A stretch of 64,000 nt of DNA from Parcubacteria group bacterium (lineage in GTDB: Bacteria; Patescibacteriota; Minisyncoccia; Minisyncoccales; UBA10102), in contig JACQLT010000002.1 of the NCBI GenBank assembly GCA_016203945.1, positions 181,336 to 245,335 on the forward strand. The letters run 5' to 3'. Position numbers and translations under genes: made by a program. Each line of letters opens with the position of its first letter. Position 1 is the first letter of the stretch. The notes below the pieces were generated by a model that did not search any database, was not told the origin of the DNA, and saw nothing but the letters and a program-made list of their open reading frames with translations. This document shows positions 19,186 to 29,141 of the stretch, piece after piece.

Positions 19186-19661
19186 ATATGCGCATCCTGG
19201 GGATTGATCCTGGAACCGCCATCACGGGATACGGAGTAATAGAGAAGAAGGGGCGTGGAGGCATTCACATAGCCCACGGCTGCATCACCACAAACAAAGA
19301 CGCCACAAAAGAAAGGCGCCTTCTTCTTCTTGAACGAGGAATGGCGGTGCTCTTCAAGCAATACAAGCCAGATGTTGTCGCGGTTGAATCCCTGTATTTC
19401 TTCAAGAATCTCAAGACGGCCCTCCCTGTTTCGGAAGCCAGGGGCGTCATCCTCCTCACCGTAGCGAAGCACAAGGTTCCCTTGTACGAGTTCACGCCTC
19501 CGCAAGTGAAGATGTCGGTGACGGGCTACGGAAGGGCGGAAAAGAAACAGATGCAAAAAATGGTGCAACTGCACCTGAAACTTGAGTCCCTCCCAAAGCC
19601 GGACGACGCAGCCGACGCCTTAGCGGTTGCTCTCGCCTGCTCATCTTTTATGCGCTCATAG
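19182..19661 (+). CDS. ruvC: crossover junction endodeoxyribonuclease RuvC
   Basis: MNMRILGIDPGTAITGYGVIE; catalytic D/E residues; C-terminal DAADALAVALAC. Confidence 0.85.
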   Translation: MNMRILGIDPGTAITGYGVIEKKGRGGIHIAHGCITTNKDATKERRLLLLERGMAVLFKQYKPDVVAVESLYFFKNLKTALPVSEARGVILLTVAKHKVPLYEFTPPQVKMSVTGYGRAEKKQMQKMVQLHLKLESLPKPDDAADALAVALACSSFMRS

Positions 19662-19738
19662 ACATCCCGCCTCCGCTCCGTCCGCCATGCCCACGGTCTA
19701 CCCGAACTTCGCTTCGGCGGGACGTCTCCTTGCTCTCG

Positions 19739-20878
19739 TTAGGCTATTCTCGCAAAACGCCTACCAACGCGAATTATCCCTCCCTCCAGAATATTTTTTT
19801 GGGGATTTGATACGGTCTCCCATTCGGATGCACCTGGCTTCTTGTACTGCACCCCTTTTTGCCCCACCAGCCTCCATGCCTGACTTTTGCTTGAGGCGAT
19901 CTTAGTTTCTATCAGAATAGAAACGATGTCTTTGGGCAAATCAATGTGAAACTCGGGGATTTCGCTTGGCATCTCTTTTTTTCTAAATACCCGCTCAAAC
20001 TCTTCTTCTGCTTCTTTCGCTTTCTTTTCGCCGTGATACATGCGCACGATTTCTCTGGCGAGCTGTGCTTTGAGGTCGCGTGGAGCCACGGCCGTCGGAG
20101 AAACGTCCGTACAAAGCTTGAAATACTGCGGGATAAGGTTGTCGTTCAAGCTCATGAGTTTCCCGTACATGTCTTCCGGAACATCGAGAAGGTTCACGGT
20201 ATTTCCATAGCTCTTACTCATCTTTCTTCCATCTAAACCGGGGAGTATGGGCACCATAACAACAAACTTTTCTTTCTTTTTCATGGATTCCAAGAGCCGA
20301 CGGCCAACCAGCATGTTAAAGGTTTGATCTGTGCCCCCAAGCTCTGCGTCCACATCCATTGCCACGGAATCATACCCCTGAAGGAGCGGGTACAAAAATT
20401 CGTGCAACCATATCTCCCGCCCTTCTTTGATCCTTTCTTGAAACATATCCCTCTCAAGAAGACGGGAAACGGTAAGGCGCGAAGCTATCTTTAATGTCTC
20501 GTCCAACTTCAGCTTTCCCAGCCACGCCCCGTTTTCTTTGTACACGGTTTTAGAATTGTTCAAAATAAGCCCTGCTTGTTTCTTGTAGGTCGCCATATTG
20601 GCGGCAATCTCTTTTGGCCCTAAGGGCTGGCGCATCTTGTCTCGTCCTGAAGGATCTCCGATTCGCGCGGTGAACGTCCCAAACAACAGCACCACCTCGT
20701 GCCCGAGGTCCTGAAACTGGCGCAGCTTGCGCAACGCTACCGCGTGTCCCAAATGCAAATTTGGAGACGTGGGGTCTACTCCCAAATATATCCGTATCTT
20801 GCGTTTTTGTATTAGGGCCTCAAGCCCCTCTTTGTTTGGAAGGACCTGGGCGACTCCTCGATCCAATAGTTTCTCCAT
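19739..20878 (-). CDS. tyrS: tyrosine--tRNA ligase
   Basis: YLGVDPTSPNLHLGHAVAL (HIGH), KMSKSYGNTV (KMSKS), C-terminal S4-like domain; 379 aa. Confidence 0.8.
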   Translation of the reverse strand: MEKLLDRGVAQVLPNKEGLEALIQKRKIRIYLGVDPTSPNLHLGHAVALRKLRQFQDLGHEVVLLFGTFTARIGDPSGRDKMRQPLGPKEIAANMATYKKQAGLILNNSKTVYKENGAWLGKLKLDETLKIASRLTVSRLLERDMFQERIKEGREIWLHEFLYPLLQGYDSVAMDVDAELGGTDQTFNMLVGRRLLESMKKKEKFVVMVPILPGLDGRKMSKSYGNTVNLLDVPEDMYGKLMSLNDNLIPQYFKLCTDVSPTAVAPRDLKAQLAREIVRMYHGEKKAKEAEEEFERVFRKKEMPSEIPEFHIDLPKDIVSILIETKIASSKSQAWRLVGQKGVQYKKPGASEWETVSNPQKNILEGGIIRVGRRFARIA

Positions 20879-20916
20879 TATTGATTCACTCTACCATAAA
20901 TGATATCTTTTGGGGT

Positions 20917-22824
20917 ATGCGCAAGAGAAAGCTTCTCGGGTTGCGACCCACCGCGCTTTTACAGTGGCTGCTCGCAATATTCTTTATCCTCTTTATCCTC
21001 GCTTCAGCCGTCTTTTTATATTATGCCAAAGACCTTCCTAGGCCGGAAAATTTTTCCGAGCTCTCGTTTGCAGAGCCGACTCGCATCTACGACAGGACTG
21101 GAGAACATCTTCTGTACGAACTATATGGCAAAGAGAAGCGCAAGACCGTAGCGTTGCAAGAGATCCCCGACTCCTTGAAACAAGCGATCGTCGCCACGGA
21201 GGACTCTTATTTCTATTCCCATTGGGGGCTGGACTGGCGCGGATTGGCGCGCGCCGTGTTTGCAAATATTCGACTTCTTTCTCCCTCGCAGGGCGGCAGC
21301 ACGCTTACCCAGCAGCTTGTACGCACGGCCTTTTTGTCTCGTACAAAAACAATTGACCGGAAAATCAAAGAGCTCGTGCTTACTTTAGAGGTGGAGCGCA
21401 GGTATTCAAAAGATCAAATCCTTGAGCTTTATCTTAATCAGGTACCCTTGGGTTCTAACGCATACGGAGTGGCAGAGGCCGCAAACGCCTACTTCGCAAA
21501 AGAAGTCGGCACGCTTACGCTTGAAGAATCTGCTGTTTTAGCTGCCATGATTAAGGCCCCAAGCTACTATTCGCCCTTTGGCTTACATCAAGAAGAGCTG
21601 TCTGGAAGAAAAGATTATGTGTTGGGCCGCATGGTGGATCGCAGATACATTTCTCAAGAGCAAGCTGACGAGGCAGAAAGTAGGCGCGTCCAGTTCGCGG
21701 ATTCCGTACAGGGCATCGAGGCCCCTCACTTCTCGCTCATGGTCACCGATGAACTCGTAACCCGGTACGGGGAGGATTTCGTGCGGGAGAACGGGCTTCG
21801 GGTCGTCACCACGCTTGATTGGGATCTTCAAAAGGCGGCCGAGGAAGCCGTGAATAAGTTTGCGGAGCAGAACATTGCGTACGGCGCGCACAACGCGGCG
21901 CTCACGGCGATTGATCCGCGCACGGGGGAGATATTGGCCATGGTGGGCTCACGCAACTGGTTTGGGGACTCAGAGCCCGCGAATTGCACATCGGGGTCCT
22001 CGTGCACCTTTGACCCGAAGCTGAATGTTGCAACGGCGCTTCCGGGCCGCCAGCCGGGATCCTCATTCAAGCCCTTCGTATACGCAGAGGCGTTCTTGAA
22101 GGGCGCCACTGACCAAACCGTCGTCGTTGACGAACCTACCAACTTTGGAATTTGGGGGGATGAGGAATACGCGCCCCAAAACTATGACGGAAAATTCCGC
22201 GGACCAGTCACGCTGAGATCCGCGCTCGCCCAATCATTAAACGTGCCCTCGGTAAAAGTATTGGCTGACATCGCAGGGCTCCAAGACAGCATTGAGCTCG
22301 CAAAGCGCATGGGCATCACAACGCTCACCAGAGAGCCCTCGTTCTACGGCCTGGCGCTCGTGCTGGGGGGCGGGGAAGCCCGACTCCTTGATATGGTTTC
22401 TGCCTACGGCGTTTTTGCCAACGCAGGGAAACGCGTCCCTCCGTTCGCCGTCTCGCGCGTTGAGGATTCCGGGGGGTCTGTGCTGGAAGAGCGCCAGAAC
22501 CTATCGCAAAGCATACTGCCTGTCGAAGTTGCGCAAACAATCACAGATATACTTTCTGACAACCTGGCGAGAACTTCCATATTCGGAGCCCGCTCTCCGC
22601 TCTACTTTGCAAATACCAGGGTCGCCGTAAAAACAGGGACGACCCAAAACTACAAAGACGGGTGGATCATCGGATACACCCCAGACATCGTTGCCGGGGT
22701 GTGGGTTGGCAACAATAACGGAGAAGAGATGGGGCAGGAGCCGGGCTCCGTGGTCGCCGGCCCCATGTGGCATCAATTCATGGAGTATGCAATATCCGCA
22801 AGAAGGAGCGCCTCGGGAAATTAG
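20917..22824 (+). CDS. class A penicillin-binding protein (glycosyltransferase + transpeptidase)
   Basis: ATEDSYFYSHWGLDWRG and GGSTLTQQL (GT51 motifs), SSFKPF (SxxK), SLN, KTGT; start trimmed to MRKRKLLGL (signal anchor) to avoid antisense overlap with tyrS. Confidence 0.85.
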   Translation: MRKRKLLGLRPTALLQWLLAIFFILFILASAVFLYYAKDLPRPENFSELSFAEPTRIYDRTGEHLLYELYGKEKRKTVALQEIPDSLKQAIVATEDSYFYSHWGLDWRGLARAVFANIRLLSPSQGGSTLTQQLVRTAFLSRTKTIDRKIKELVLTLEVERRYSKDQILELYLNQVPLGSNAYGVAEAANAYFAKEVGTLTLEESAVLAAMIKAPSYYSPFGLHQEELSGRKDYVLGRMVDRRYISQEQADEAESRRVQFADSVQGIEAPHFSLMVTDELVTRYGEDFVRENGLRVVTTLDWDLQKAAEEAVNKFAEQNIAYGAHNAALTAIDPRTGEILAMVGSRNWFGDSEPANCTSGSSCTFDPKLNVATALPGRQPGSSFKPFVYAEAFLKGATDQTVVVDEPTNFGIWGDEEYAPQNYDGKFRGPVTLRSALAQSLNVPSVKVLADIAGLQDSIELAKRMGITTLTREPSFYGLALVLGGGEARLLDMVSAYGVFANAGKRVPPFAVSRVEDSGGSVLEERQNLSQSILPVEVAQTITDILSDNLARTSIFGARSPLYFANTRVAVKTGTTQNYKDGWIIGYTPDIVAGVWVGNNNGEEMGQEPGSVVAGPMWHQFMEYAISARRSASGN

Positions 22825-23945
22825 GTCTTGAGAGGCATCACCACATACAGGCAGTCCTCTTCTTTTACGCCCTTCAACAGGGCGGGGCCGTCTTCCCCGC
22901 TCAGCGAGAACTCCACGACGTCGTCTCTAATGGATGCTAAGCCGTCGCTCAAGAACCTCCAACTGAAGGACGTTTCCTGGGGGGTCCCCTCTACCGCGGC
23001 AGCCATGAAAGAAATGTTCTCTCCGAGGTCCGGGCTCTGACTGCGGAACTCAACCCCTTTCTTTTTGGGGTCAATGACAAGCCGTACTTCGTTTATCCTG
23101 TTCGCAAACACGCTGGCCGCCTTGAGGTGGTTGAGAAACTCTGCGCGCTTGGCGCGGACGCTCACCTGAAACGTTTTTGGAATGATTTCTTGGTAATTCG
23201 GATATTCCCCGTCGATGAGCCTTGAGATCAGATGGATCTGGGGCTGGGAAGCGTCTTCTGGCGAAACGTGTTCAAATTCCACTTGAGTGGGGGACTTCGT
23301 GATTCGTATGGCCCCACTCTTTCCTCCGAATATTGCTGTGATCTCGCGAGCCGCTCTCTGGGGAAGGATAAACGAGGCGTCACTCCCCTTCTTCTGAAGA
23401 TTGATGACGCATTCTCCCAGCCGGAAGCTGTCTGTGGCAGCCGTCCGACACTCTTTTTGAGAGAAGCTGAACAACACTCCTGAAATTTCGGGCCTTGTGG
23501 TGCCAAAAGACGCGATCCCGGAAACCCTGTTCAGCGCCTCGCAGAGTTGAGCGGCGCCGATTTCAATCTCTTCTGTCTTGTTTTGAATACTTGGAATGAC
23601 CGGGAATTCTTCTCCTGGAAGCATCCGCAGTGTCGCCTTATTGTTTTCTCCCTCTACCACCAGCCCTTTTTCTTTGGCCTCAAGGGTCGCCTGCTCGCCA
23701 GGAAGAGTGCTGATGAGTTGGGATAGGATTTTTGCTGGCACCACAGCCTGCCATTCCCCCGTGTTTTTTGAAAGTATCTGATACATAATTGCGAACTCCA
23801 GGTTGGTGGCAGAAATCTCGAGAATATTTTTTGTTCCGCGTAATAATATATTTCCTAAAATTGGCAATGACGCAGATTTTCCAGAAATACGTTCTCCGGT
23901 TTGTAACCCTTGCCGCAAGTTTTCTTTCAACACGACAGACTTCAT
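22821..23945 (-). CDS. dnaN: DNA polymerase III beta subunit (sliding clamp)
   Basis: MKSVVLKENLRQGLQTGERISGKSASLPILGNILL, three-domain ~374 aa; adjacent to dnaA. Confidence 0.85.
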   Translation of the reverse strand: MKSVVLKENLRQGLQTGERISGKSASLPILGNILLRGTKNILEISATNLEFAIMYQILSKNTGEWQAVVPAKILSQLISTLPGEQATLEAKEKGLVVEGENNKATLRMLPGEEFPVIPSIQNKTEEIEIGAAQLCEALNRVSGIASFGTTRPEISGVLFSFSQKECRTAATDSFRLGECVINLQKKGSDASFILPQRAAREITAIFGGKSGAIRITKSPTQVEFEHVSPEDASQPQIHLISRLIDGEYPNYQEIIPKTFQVSVRAKRAEFLNHLKAASVFANRINEVRLVIDPKKKGVEFRSQSPDLGENISFMAAAVEGTPQETSFSWRFLSDGLASIRDDVVEFSLSGEDGPALLKGVKEEDCLYVVMPLKT

Positions 23946-24067
23946 AATAAATATTCTTATTTTTTAATACTACTTATTATATATTAGCGCTGTGGGAAAA
24001 ATACGTTTGTGTGTTATTTGTGCTCGTGTGGGCTCGTGGAAATCGTGTGGACGAACAAGGGAAAACA
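23946..24067. other. candidate chromosomal replication origin (oriC) between dnaN and dnaA
   Basis: AT-rich DUE-like tract ttcataataaatattcttattttttaatactacttattatatattag followed by clustered degenerate DnaA-box-like TGTGG repeats (ctgtgggaaaaa, cgtgtgggct, cgtgtggacgaa). Confidence 0.5.
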
Positions 24068-25462
24068 TTAGTTCCCATAAATACGCTGTCTTATCAACGA
24101 CATTTCATCAACCAAAAACTCAGAGGCAAGGAGCTCTTGGGCGACCCTTTGGCACGCATACATTGCGGTGGTGTGATCCTTCCCGCCGAAGCGCTCGCCA
24201 ATGAAAGGATACGAACTTTTCAGTTCTTCCCTGAGAAGATACATGGCGATTTGTCTGGGCTTCACCACTTCTTTCTTTCTGGAGGCGGTTATGAGTTCTT
24301 TCTCTTTGATGTCGTAGAACTCGGCGACCGCGCGGATGATTTTCTGGGGATTTGCCTGCCTTCCGTGGTTTTGGATAACAGTGCGGAGAAGGGTCCTCGC
24401 CTCAGTAAAGGAGGGCTCTTCCCCGTTGAGCCGTTGGAACGCCAAAATCCTGTTAAGCGCCCCTTCCAGCTCCCTCACATTTCTTTGGATATGGGAAGCG
24501 ATATATCCCAGCGTCTCTTCTGACGGAGAAACTCCGAGCTCCTGAGCCTTGGTTTTCAATATAGCCAGGCGCGTCTCAAAGTCGGGGACTCCGACGTCAG
24601 CTATCATTCCGCCCTCAAAGCGCGAACGCAGGCGTTCTTCAAGGGCGGGGATGGCCTTTGGTGGACGATCCGAAGAAAAGATAATTTGTTTACCCCGCTC
24701 ATAGAGCGTGTTGAAGGTATGGAATAATTCTTCCTGGGTTTTTTCTTTGCCCGCGAAAAACTGGACGTCGTCCATAACCAAGACGTCAATTTCTCGGTAG
24801 AGAGACCGTAGCTGCTCCATGGTCTTGTTGCGGATGGCTGCTACCACAGAGGAGGTGAAGCGCTCTGAAGACACATACCGTATCTTCTTGTCGGGCATCT
24901 CAGAGGAGATGGCGTTGCCCACCGCCTGCAGAAGATGGGTTTTCCCCAGCCCCACGCCTCCGTATACAAAGAGCGGGTTATAGACCTGGCCAGGATTCTT
25001 GATGATGGCCATGGACGCCGCGTGCGCGAGCTCGTTGAAGGGCCCCACGACGAAATTATCCAGGGAGTATCGGGGATTGAGGTTCGTTGATTTGCTTATC
25101 CTAAAGTCCGCAAGCGTAAGCTGCGCCTCGCCAGCCGCCTGTTCGCTCCGGCCGTTCGCCCCTTGGTCTGAGCGGCTCGAGGACGCAGAGGACCTCTCTA
25201 CCTCGTAGCGGATTTCCCGGACGCCCTTGGTAAGATCGTGTATGGCGTGGGACACAAGGCGATTATATTTGTTCTGCAGCCACTCTCGCGAGAACCCGTT
25301 TGGCACGGAAACAACAATCTCCCCGTCTTTTTGAGAGACAATAGAGGTGTTCTTGAACCAGGTCGCAAAGTTCGCCCTGGAGATCTGAAGCTGAATACTG
25401 GCAAGGGCGGCCTGCCAGAGCTCCTCATTGGTCATACGTGGATTATATGTAAGTAGGGGCAC
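24068..25462 (-). CDS. dnaA: chromosomal replication initiator protein DnaA
   Basis: NPLFVYGGVGLGKTHLLQAVGN Walker A, AAA+ motifs, C-terminal DNA-binding domain ...HTTAMYACQRV. Confidence 0.9.
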   Translation of the reverse strand: MPLLTYNPRMTNEELWQAALASIQLQISRANFATWFKNTSIVSQKDGEIVVSVPNGFSREWLQNKYNRLVSHAIHDLTKGVREIRYEVERSSASSSRSDQGANGRSEQAAGEAQLTLADFRISKSTNLNPRYSLDNFVVGPFNELAHAASMAIIKNPGQVYNPLFVYGGVGLGKTHLLQAVGNAISSEMPDKKIRYVSSERFTSSVVAAIRNKTMEQLRSLYREIDVLVMDDVQFFAGKEKTQEELFHTFNTLYERGKQIIFSSDRPPKAIPALEERLRSRFEGGMIADVGVPDFETRLAILKTKAQELGVSPSEETLGYIASHIQRNVRELEGALNRILAFQRLNGEEPSFTEARTLLRTVIQNHGRQANPQKIIRAVAEFYDIKEKELITASRKKEVVKPRQIAMYLLREELKSSYPFIGERFGGKDHTTAMYACQRVAQELLASEFLVDEMSLIRQRIYGN

Positions 25463-25636
25463 GCAGTCAAAACAAGCTCAATCTACGACCCCCTGTGTAC
25501 AGCTTGTGCAAAACATGGGGACAAAAGCAAAGACTTTTGCTTTTGTCGGGAGCATATCTATTAATCATCCGCCTTGGGCGGATGTATGGGTAGGAAATGC
25601 TCCCAGGGTCCGCCATAGGCGGGTACCTTATGTGGC

Positions 25637-25665
25637 TTGTAAAAACATCCGTTCGCATATATACT
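25637..25665 (+). promoter_or_regulatory. putative promoter for rpmH-rnpA-yidC-jag operon
   Basis: TTGTAA (25637-42), 17-nt spacer, TATACT (25660-65), 9 nt before rpmH ATG. Confidence 0.35.
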
Positions 25666-25674
25666 GTAAGCTAT

Positions 25675-25809
25675 ATGAGTTTCACCTACAAACCAAAAAG
25701 AAAGAAGAGAATGCGCACCCACGGATTCCTGAAACGAAAAAAAGATTCCGGGGGGAAAAACGTTCTGCGCAATAGGCGAAGGAAAGGAAGAAAGCGGCTA
25801 ACGGTGTAA
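25675..25809 (+). CDS. rpmH: 50S ribosomal protein L34
   Basis: [44 protein letters not shown], canonical L34 ending GRKRLTV; start trimmed within larger ORF-track frame. Confidence 0.85.
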   Translation: MSFTYKPKRKKRMRTHGFLKRKKDSGGKNVLRNRRRKGRKRLTV

Positions 25810-25816
25810 CTCCCCC

Positions 25817-26155
25817 ATGTTTCCCAAACCAAACCGACTTACCAAGAGCAGAGAGATCCGGGAGGTACTGCGAAAAGGAGGGGGGGTGAAGCGAAGCACC
25901 CTTCTTCTGAAAGCGGGAGCTCCGGTATCGCCTCCGAAGTTCGCAGTCGTGGTGGGTCGCAAGGTTTCCAAACGCTCGACGGTGAGGAACAAGATTAGGC
26001 GACGGATTCGGGAAGCTCTCCGCCGCGAGCTGGGAACGACAAAAAGAGGGAGCTATGTAGTACTGGCCCTGCCGGGGTCCGCGAACCTCGGGTTCCAGGA
26101 CATATGCAACGCTCTCAGGCAAGCCCTTCAACAGATACGCAATTCTCATGATTAA
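25817..26155 (+). CDS. rnpA: ribonuclease P protein component
   Basis: MFPKPNRLTKSREIREVLRKGG...RNKIRRRIREALRR basic RnpA pattern; follows rpmH. Confidence 0.8.
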   Translation: MFPKPNRLTKSREIREVLRKGGGVKRSTLLLKAGAPVSPPKFAVVVGRKVSKRSTVRNKIRRRIREALRRELGTTKRGSYVVLALPGSANLGFQDICNALRQALQQIRNSHD

Positions 26156-26882
26156 TTTGATTGTTTCTCTGTATAATCTTTTTATCTATCAGCCGCTTTT
26201 GAACGGCCTGGTATTGTTGTATGAGCTTCTTCCGTGGCAAGACCTGGGGATAGCCGTCATCGCGCTCACGCTTCTCGTGCGCATCATTTTGTTCCCTCTT
26301 AATAGCCAGGCCTTTCAGGCCCAAAAGCGGCTTCAACTCTTGCAGCCCAAACTCCAGGAGCTGCAGAAAAGACTGCAGCATAACAAGGAAAAACAAGTTG
26401 CAGAAACCCTTGCTCTCTATAAAACAGAAGGGATCAGTCCTTTTGCGGGGCTTCTCCCTCTTCTCATCCAGATTCCCCTTCTCGTCGCGCTCTACCATCT
26501 CTTTTTTGCGTTCGGTGCAAAAGATGGGCTTCAGGCGTCTCAACTTCAGCTTCTCTACTCTTTTGTCTCTCCGCCGGGAGATGTCAACCCCATGTTTTTG
26601 GGGGTAGTGAATCTCAGTACTGGCTGGGTGGCTTCAGCCGCGCTCGCCGTTGTGGCAGGAGCCCTTCAATTCGTGCAGACGCGCCAAGCCCTTCCCAAGA
26701 AACCCTCGGCAAAAGAGGCCGCCTCTCCTTTCATGAAAGCGTTTCAGCGGCAGGCAACATACCTGTTCCCGCTGGTCACCGTATTCATTTTATTCCGGCT
26801 TCCGGCCGCCATTGGTCTCTACTGGGCGACGACTACGCTGTTCTCCATTTGGCAGCAGGGAAGAATATTGAAAAAATCATGA
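26148..26882 (+). CDS. yidC: membrane protein insertase YidC (short YidC/Oxa1 form)
   Basis: 244 aa, 5 TM, conserved YidC core; position rnpA-yidC-jag. Confidence 0.75.
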   Translation: MINLIVSLYNLFIYQPLLNGLVLLYELLPWQDLGIAVIALTLLVRIILFPLNSQAFQAQKRLQLLQPKLQELQKRLQHNKEKQVAETLALYKTEGISPFAGLLPLLIQIPLLVALYHLFFAFGAKDGLQASQLQLLYSFVSPPGDVNPMFLGVVNLSTGWVASAALAVVAGALQFVQTRQALPKKPSAKEAASPFMKAFQRQATYLFPLVTVFILFRLPAAIGLYWATTTLFSIWQQGRILKKS

Positions 26883-27346
26883 GCGCTGAACCAACAATTG
26901 AAATAGCAAAGCTGCTCGTCAAAGAGCTGTTCTCGCGCCTGGGGATCAAAGAAGCTCCGGCCGTGAGCATGCCAGACGGGCAGACCCTGCAGGTGACCCT
27001 GACAATAGAAGACCCCAAGACCCTTATTGGAGAACGCGGCCAGACGCTGTTTGAAATCCAGCATCTTCTGCGCGCTATGCTCAGAAAAAAACTTCAGCAA
27101 GACCCCCCCCGCGTATTCCTGGATATCAACGACTACCGCAAGAGCAAGGAAGAATATCTTCGGGACGCAGCCCGGCTGGCGGCCGACGAAGCGGTGCTGC
27201 TCAGTAAGCCCCGCGAGCTCGAGGCAATGTCGGCGGCTGACCGCAGGATCGTGCACATGGAATTAGCCCAGCGCTCAGACGTTGCCTCCGAGAGCATAGG
27301 AGAAGGAGAAGAGAGAAGGGTGGTGATAAAGCCGAGGGCATCCTAA
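26879..27346 (+). CDS. jag: RNA-binding protein Jag/KhpB (KH + R3H)
   Basis: KH-like TLIGERGQTLFEIQHLL and R3H RIVHMELAQRSDVASESIGEGEERRVVI; ATGA overlap with yidC. Confidence 0.7.
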   Translation: MSAEPTIEIAKLLVKELFSRLGIKEAPAVSMPDGQTLQVTLTIEDPKTLIGERGQTLFEIQHLLRAMLRKKLQQDPPRVFLDINDYRKSKEEYLRDAARLAADEAVLLSKPRELEAMSAADRRIVHMELAQRSDVASESIGEGEERRVVIKPRAS

Positions 27347-29136
27347 CCCCGGTCTTCTGCGGCGCGCTTCGCAGTTTCCCGCGCCAGGAGTTCTTTGGGA
27401 GACGTGGTGACAATCTCGTGTTCCGTTGGAGAGGCCACCACCTTAATGGCCACGTGTTTTTGTCCCGCAAAAAAGATTCCTTCCCCCAGCCCGGTCTCCA
27501 AGAGCAGCTGCTTTTCCGCTTCGGTAAGATTGAATGCTTTTTGTACAACATCAATGGTTGCAGGGCTTTGCTTGAGTAGAAGCTGCAAAGATGAGTTCGT
27601 GATAATCGGCCTGCCATAATCGGATCGCATAAAGTCACCAACATCTTGGGTGATGGTGGTCACGCCCAGGTAGTACTTCCTGGAGCGTTTCGCGATACCG
27701 TACAGAAAAGATGCTCCGTCTTCTGACTGCATAATCCACCAGGCCTCGTCCACCACGAGAATTCTTTTTTTAAGCACAGACCTCACTACGCTCCAGATGT
27801 AGCGCATGATGATGTACATTGCGAGGGGCCGCAAACCCTCTTCCATGTTGCGGATACCGAAAGAGACCAGGTTGGTGGTAAGAGAAATATTAGAATGCTG
27901 GTTGAAGAAGTTGGCGTAGGTTCCCTTGGTGAACTTTTGGAGTCTGCGCACCAGAGACTCCGCGCCCTCCATGGTAAGGAGCACTTCTTCTAAATCCTGC
28001 ATTAAGGGGATGTTCGCCTGCCAGTTCTTGGGGTCTGAAGTTACCGTAATGTCTTTTGCGGCATAGGTTTCCGTAACGGCTCTGTCCATAATAGAATCTT
28101 CTTCGGGAGTGAGCCCGCCCAGCATGAGGCGCATGAGGCCTACGAGGTTGATGACGTTGGATCGCAGGACGTCGTCTGGCCGCTCATCTTCTCTTGGGAG
28201 CGGCAAGTCAAAGGGATTGATGTGGTTTTCAGATCCCAGAGAAATATCAAAGAATGATCCTCCAGCGGCTTCGCAAAGCGGCTTGTATTCATTTTCAGGG
28301 TCTAACACGACGACGTCTACGCCCGTCATGAGCGACCTGAGAATCTCCAATTTTACTGCGTAGGATTTTCCAGAGCCCGACTTTGCGAATATGACCTCGT
28401 TGGCGTTTTCCAAAGAGAACCGGTCAAAAAGAATAAGAGAATTGTTGTGCCGGTTGATTCCATAGAGAATACCCTCGTTGGAGCTCAAGTCGAAAGACAG
28501 GAACGGAAAGAGCGAAGACAGGGGGCCGGTATTCATTGTGGTATGGGATTGGAGAAGGTCTTTCCCGTACGGGAGGCTGGAATTGAACCCCTCTTTCTGG
28601 CGATAGAGCGCCGGCTTCATATAGATGAGGCGCGACTCAAAAATGGAACGCAGTTCCGTCTTAATCCTCAACAACTCCTCTTGTGTTTCCCCGTATATGT
28701 TCAGGTATACGCCAACCTTGAACATCCTTTCCTGGGCCGTTTGCAGAGCATCCCGCAGGTTCTCAAGATCTGCGAATGCGGTTTCAAGAGAAGGATCTCG
28801 CACAAGGCCTCTTTCGGATTTCTCCATAAGCTCTGACTCAACCTCGGTAACTTTTCTGCGCAGCCGTTTGAGCACCAAGCCAGTGTCCACCGGATGGGCG
28901 AATAAGGCAACATCCATCGGAACCCCCATGTTAATGACCGGAGCTAACCAAGCTGAAGTGAGATACCGAGGGTAGGAGAAGATGAACATGGAAGTCGCCA
29001 GGCGTCCTGCCATGTCCAAATACTCGGAATCCACTTTCACCGTGGCCGGAGCTATGATATCTTTTGCGGTTAGGGTGTCCCTCTCAAAGAGCTTTTCGGA
29101 GACCGCCCCTGTTTTTTTTCCGAATAATGAAGCCAT
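27343..29136 (-). CDS. VirB4/TrbE/CagE-family T4SS ATPase, C-terminal NTPase portion (597 aa)
   Basis: Walker A FAKSGSGKSYAV, Walker B ILVVDEAWWIM, VirB4-like length/pattern; begins 5 nt after the stop of the VirB4 N-domain ORF. Confidence 0.6.
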   Translation of the reverse strand: MASLFGKKTGAVSEKLFERDTLTAKDIIAPATVKVDSEYLDMAGRLATSMFIFSYPRYLTSAWLAPVINMGVPMDVALFAHPVDTGLVLKRLRRKVTEVESELMEKSERGLVRDPSLETAFADLENLRDALQTAQERMFKVGVYLNIYGETQEELLRIKTELRSIFESRLIYMKPALYRQKEGFNSSLPYGKDLLQSHTTMNTGPLSSLFPFLSFDLSSNEGILYGINRHNNSLILFDRFSLENANEVIFAKSGSGKSYAVKLEILRSLMTGVDVVVLDPENEYKPLCEAAGGSFFDISLGSENHINPFDLPLPREDERPDDVLRSNVINLVGLMRLMLGGLTPEEDSIMDRAVTETYAAKDITVTSDPKNWQANIPLMQDLEEVLLTMEGAESLVRRLQKFTKGTYANFFNQHSNISLTTNLVSFGIRNMEEGLRPLAMYIIMRYIWSVVRSVLKKRILVVDEAWWIMQSEDGASFLYGIAKRSRKYYLGVTTITQDVGDFMRSDYGRPIITNSSLQLLLKQSPATIDVVQKAFNLTEAEKQLLLETGLGEGIFFAGQKHVAIKVVASPTEHEIVTTSPKELLARETAKRAAEDRG

Positions 29137-29141
29137 GTGCG

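Noticed and set aside
19662-19738. Possible terminator after ruvC (CCGAA-cttcgc-TTCGG)
   Set aside because: Short 5-bp stem without a following T-tract; not convincing as an intrinsic terminator.
29111-29120. A8/T8 homopolymer as phase-variation switch for VirB4
   Set aside because: Tract lies after the start codon inside the coding frame (Lys-Lys-Thr) and there is no evidence of alternative frames; noted only as a possible error-prone site within the split-VirB4 finding.
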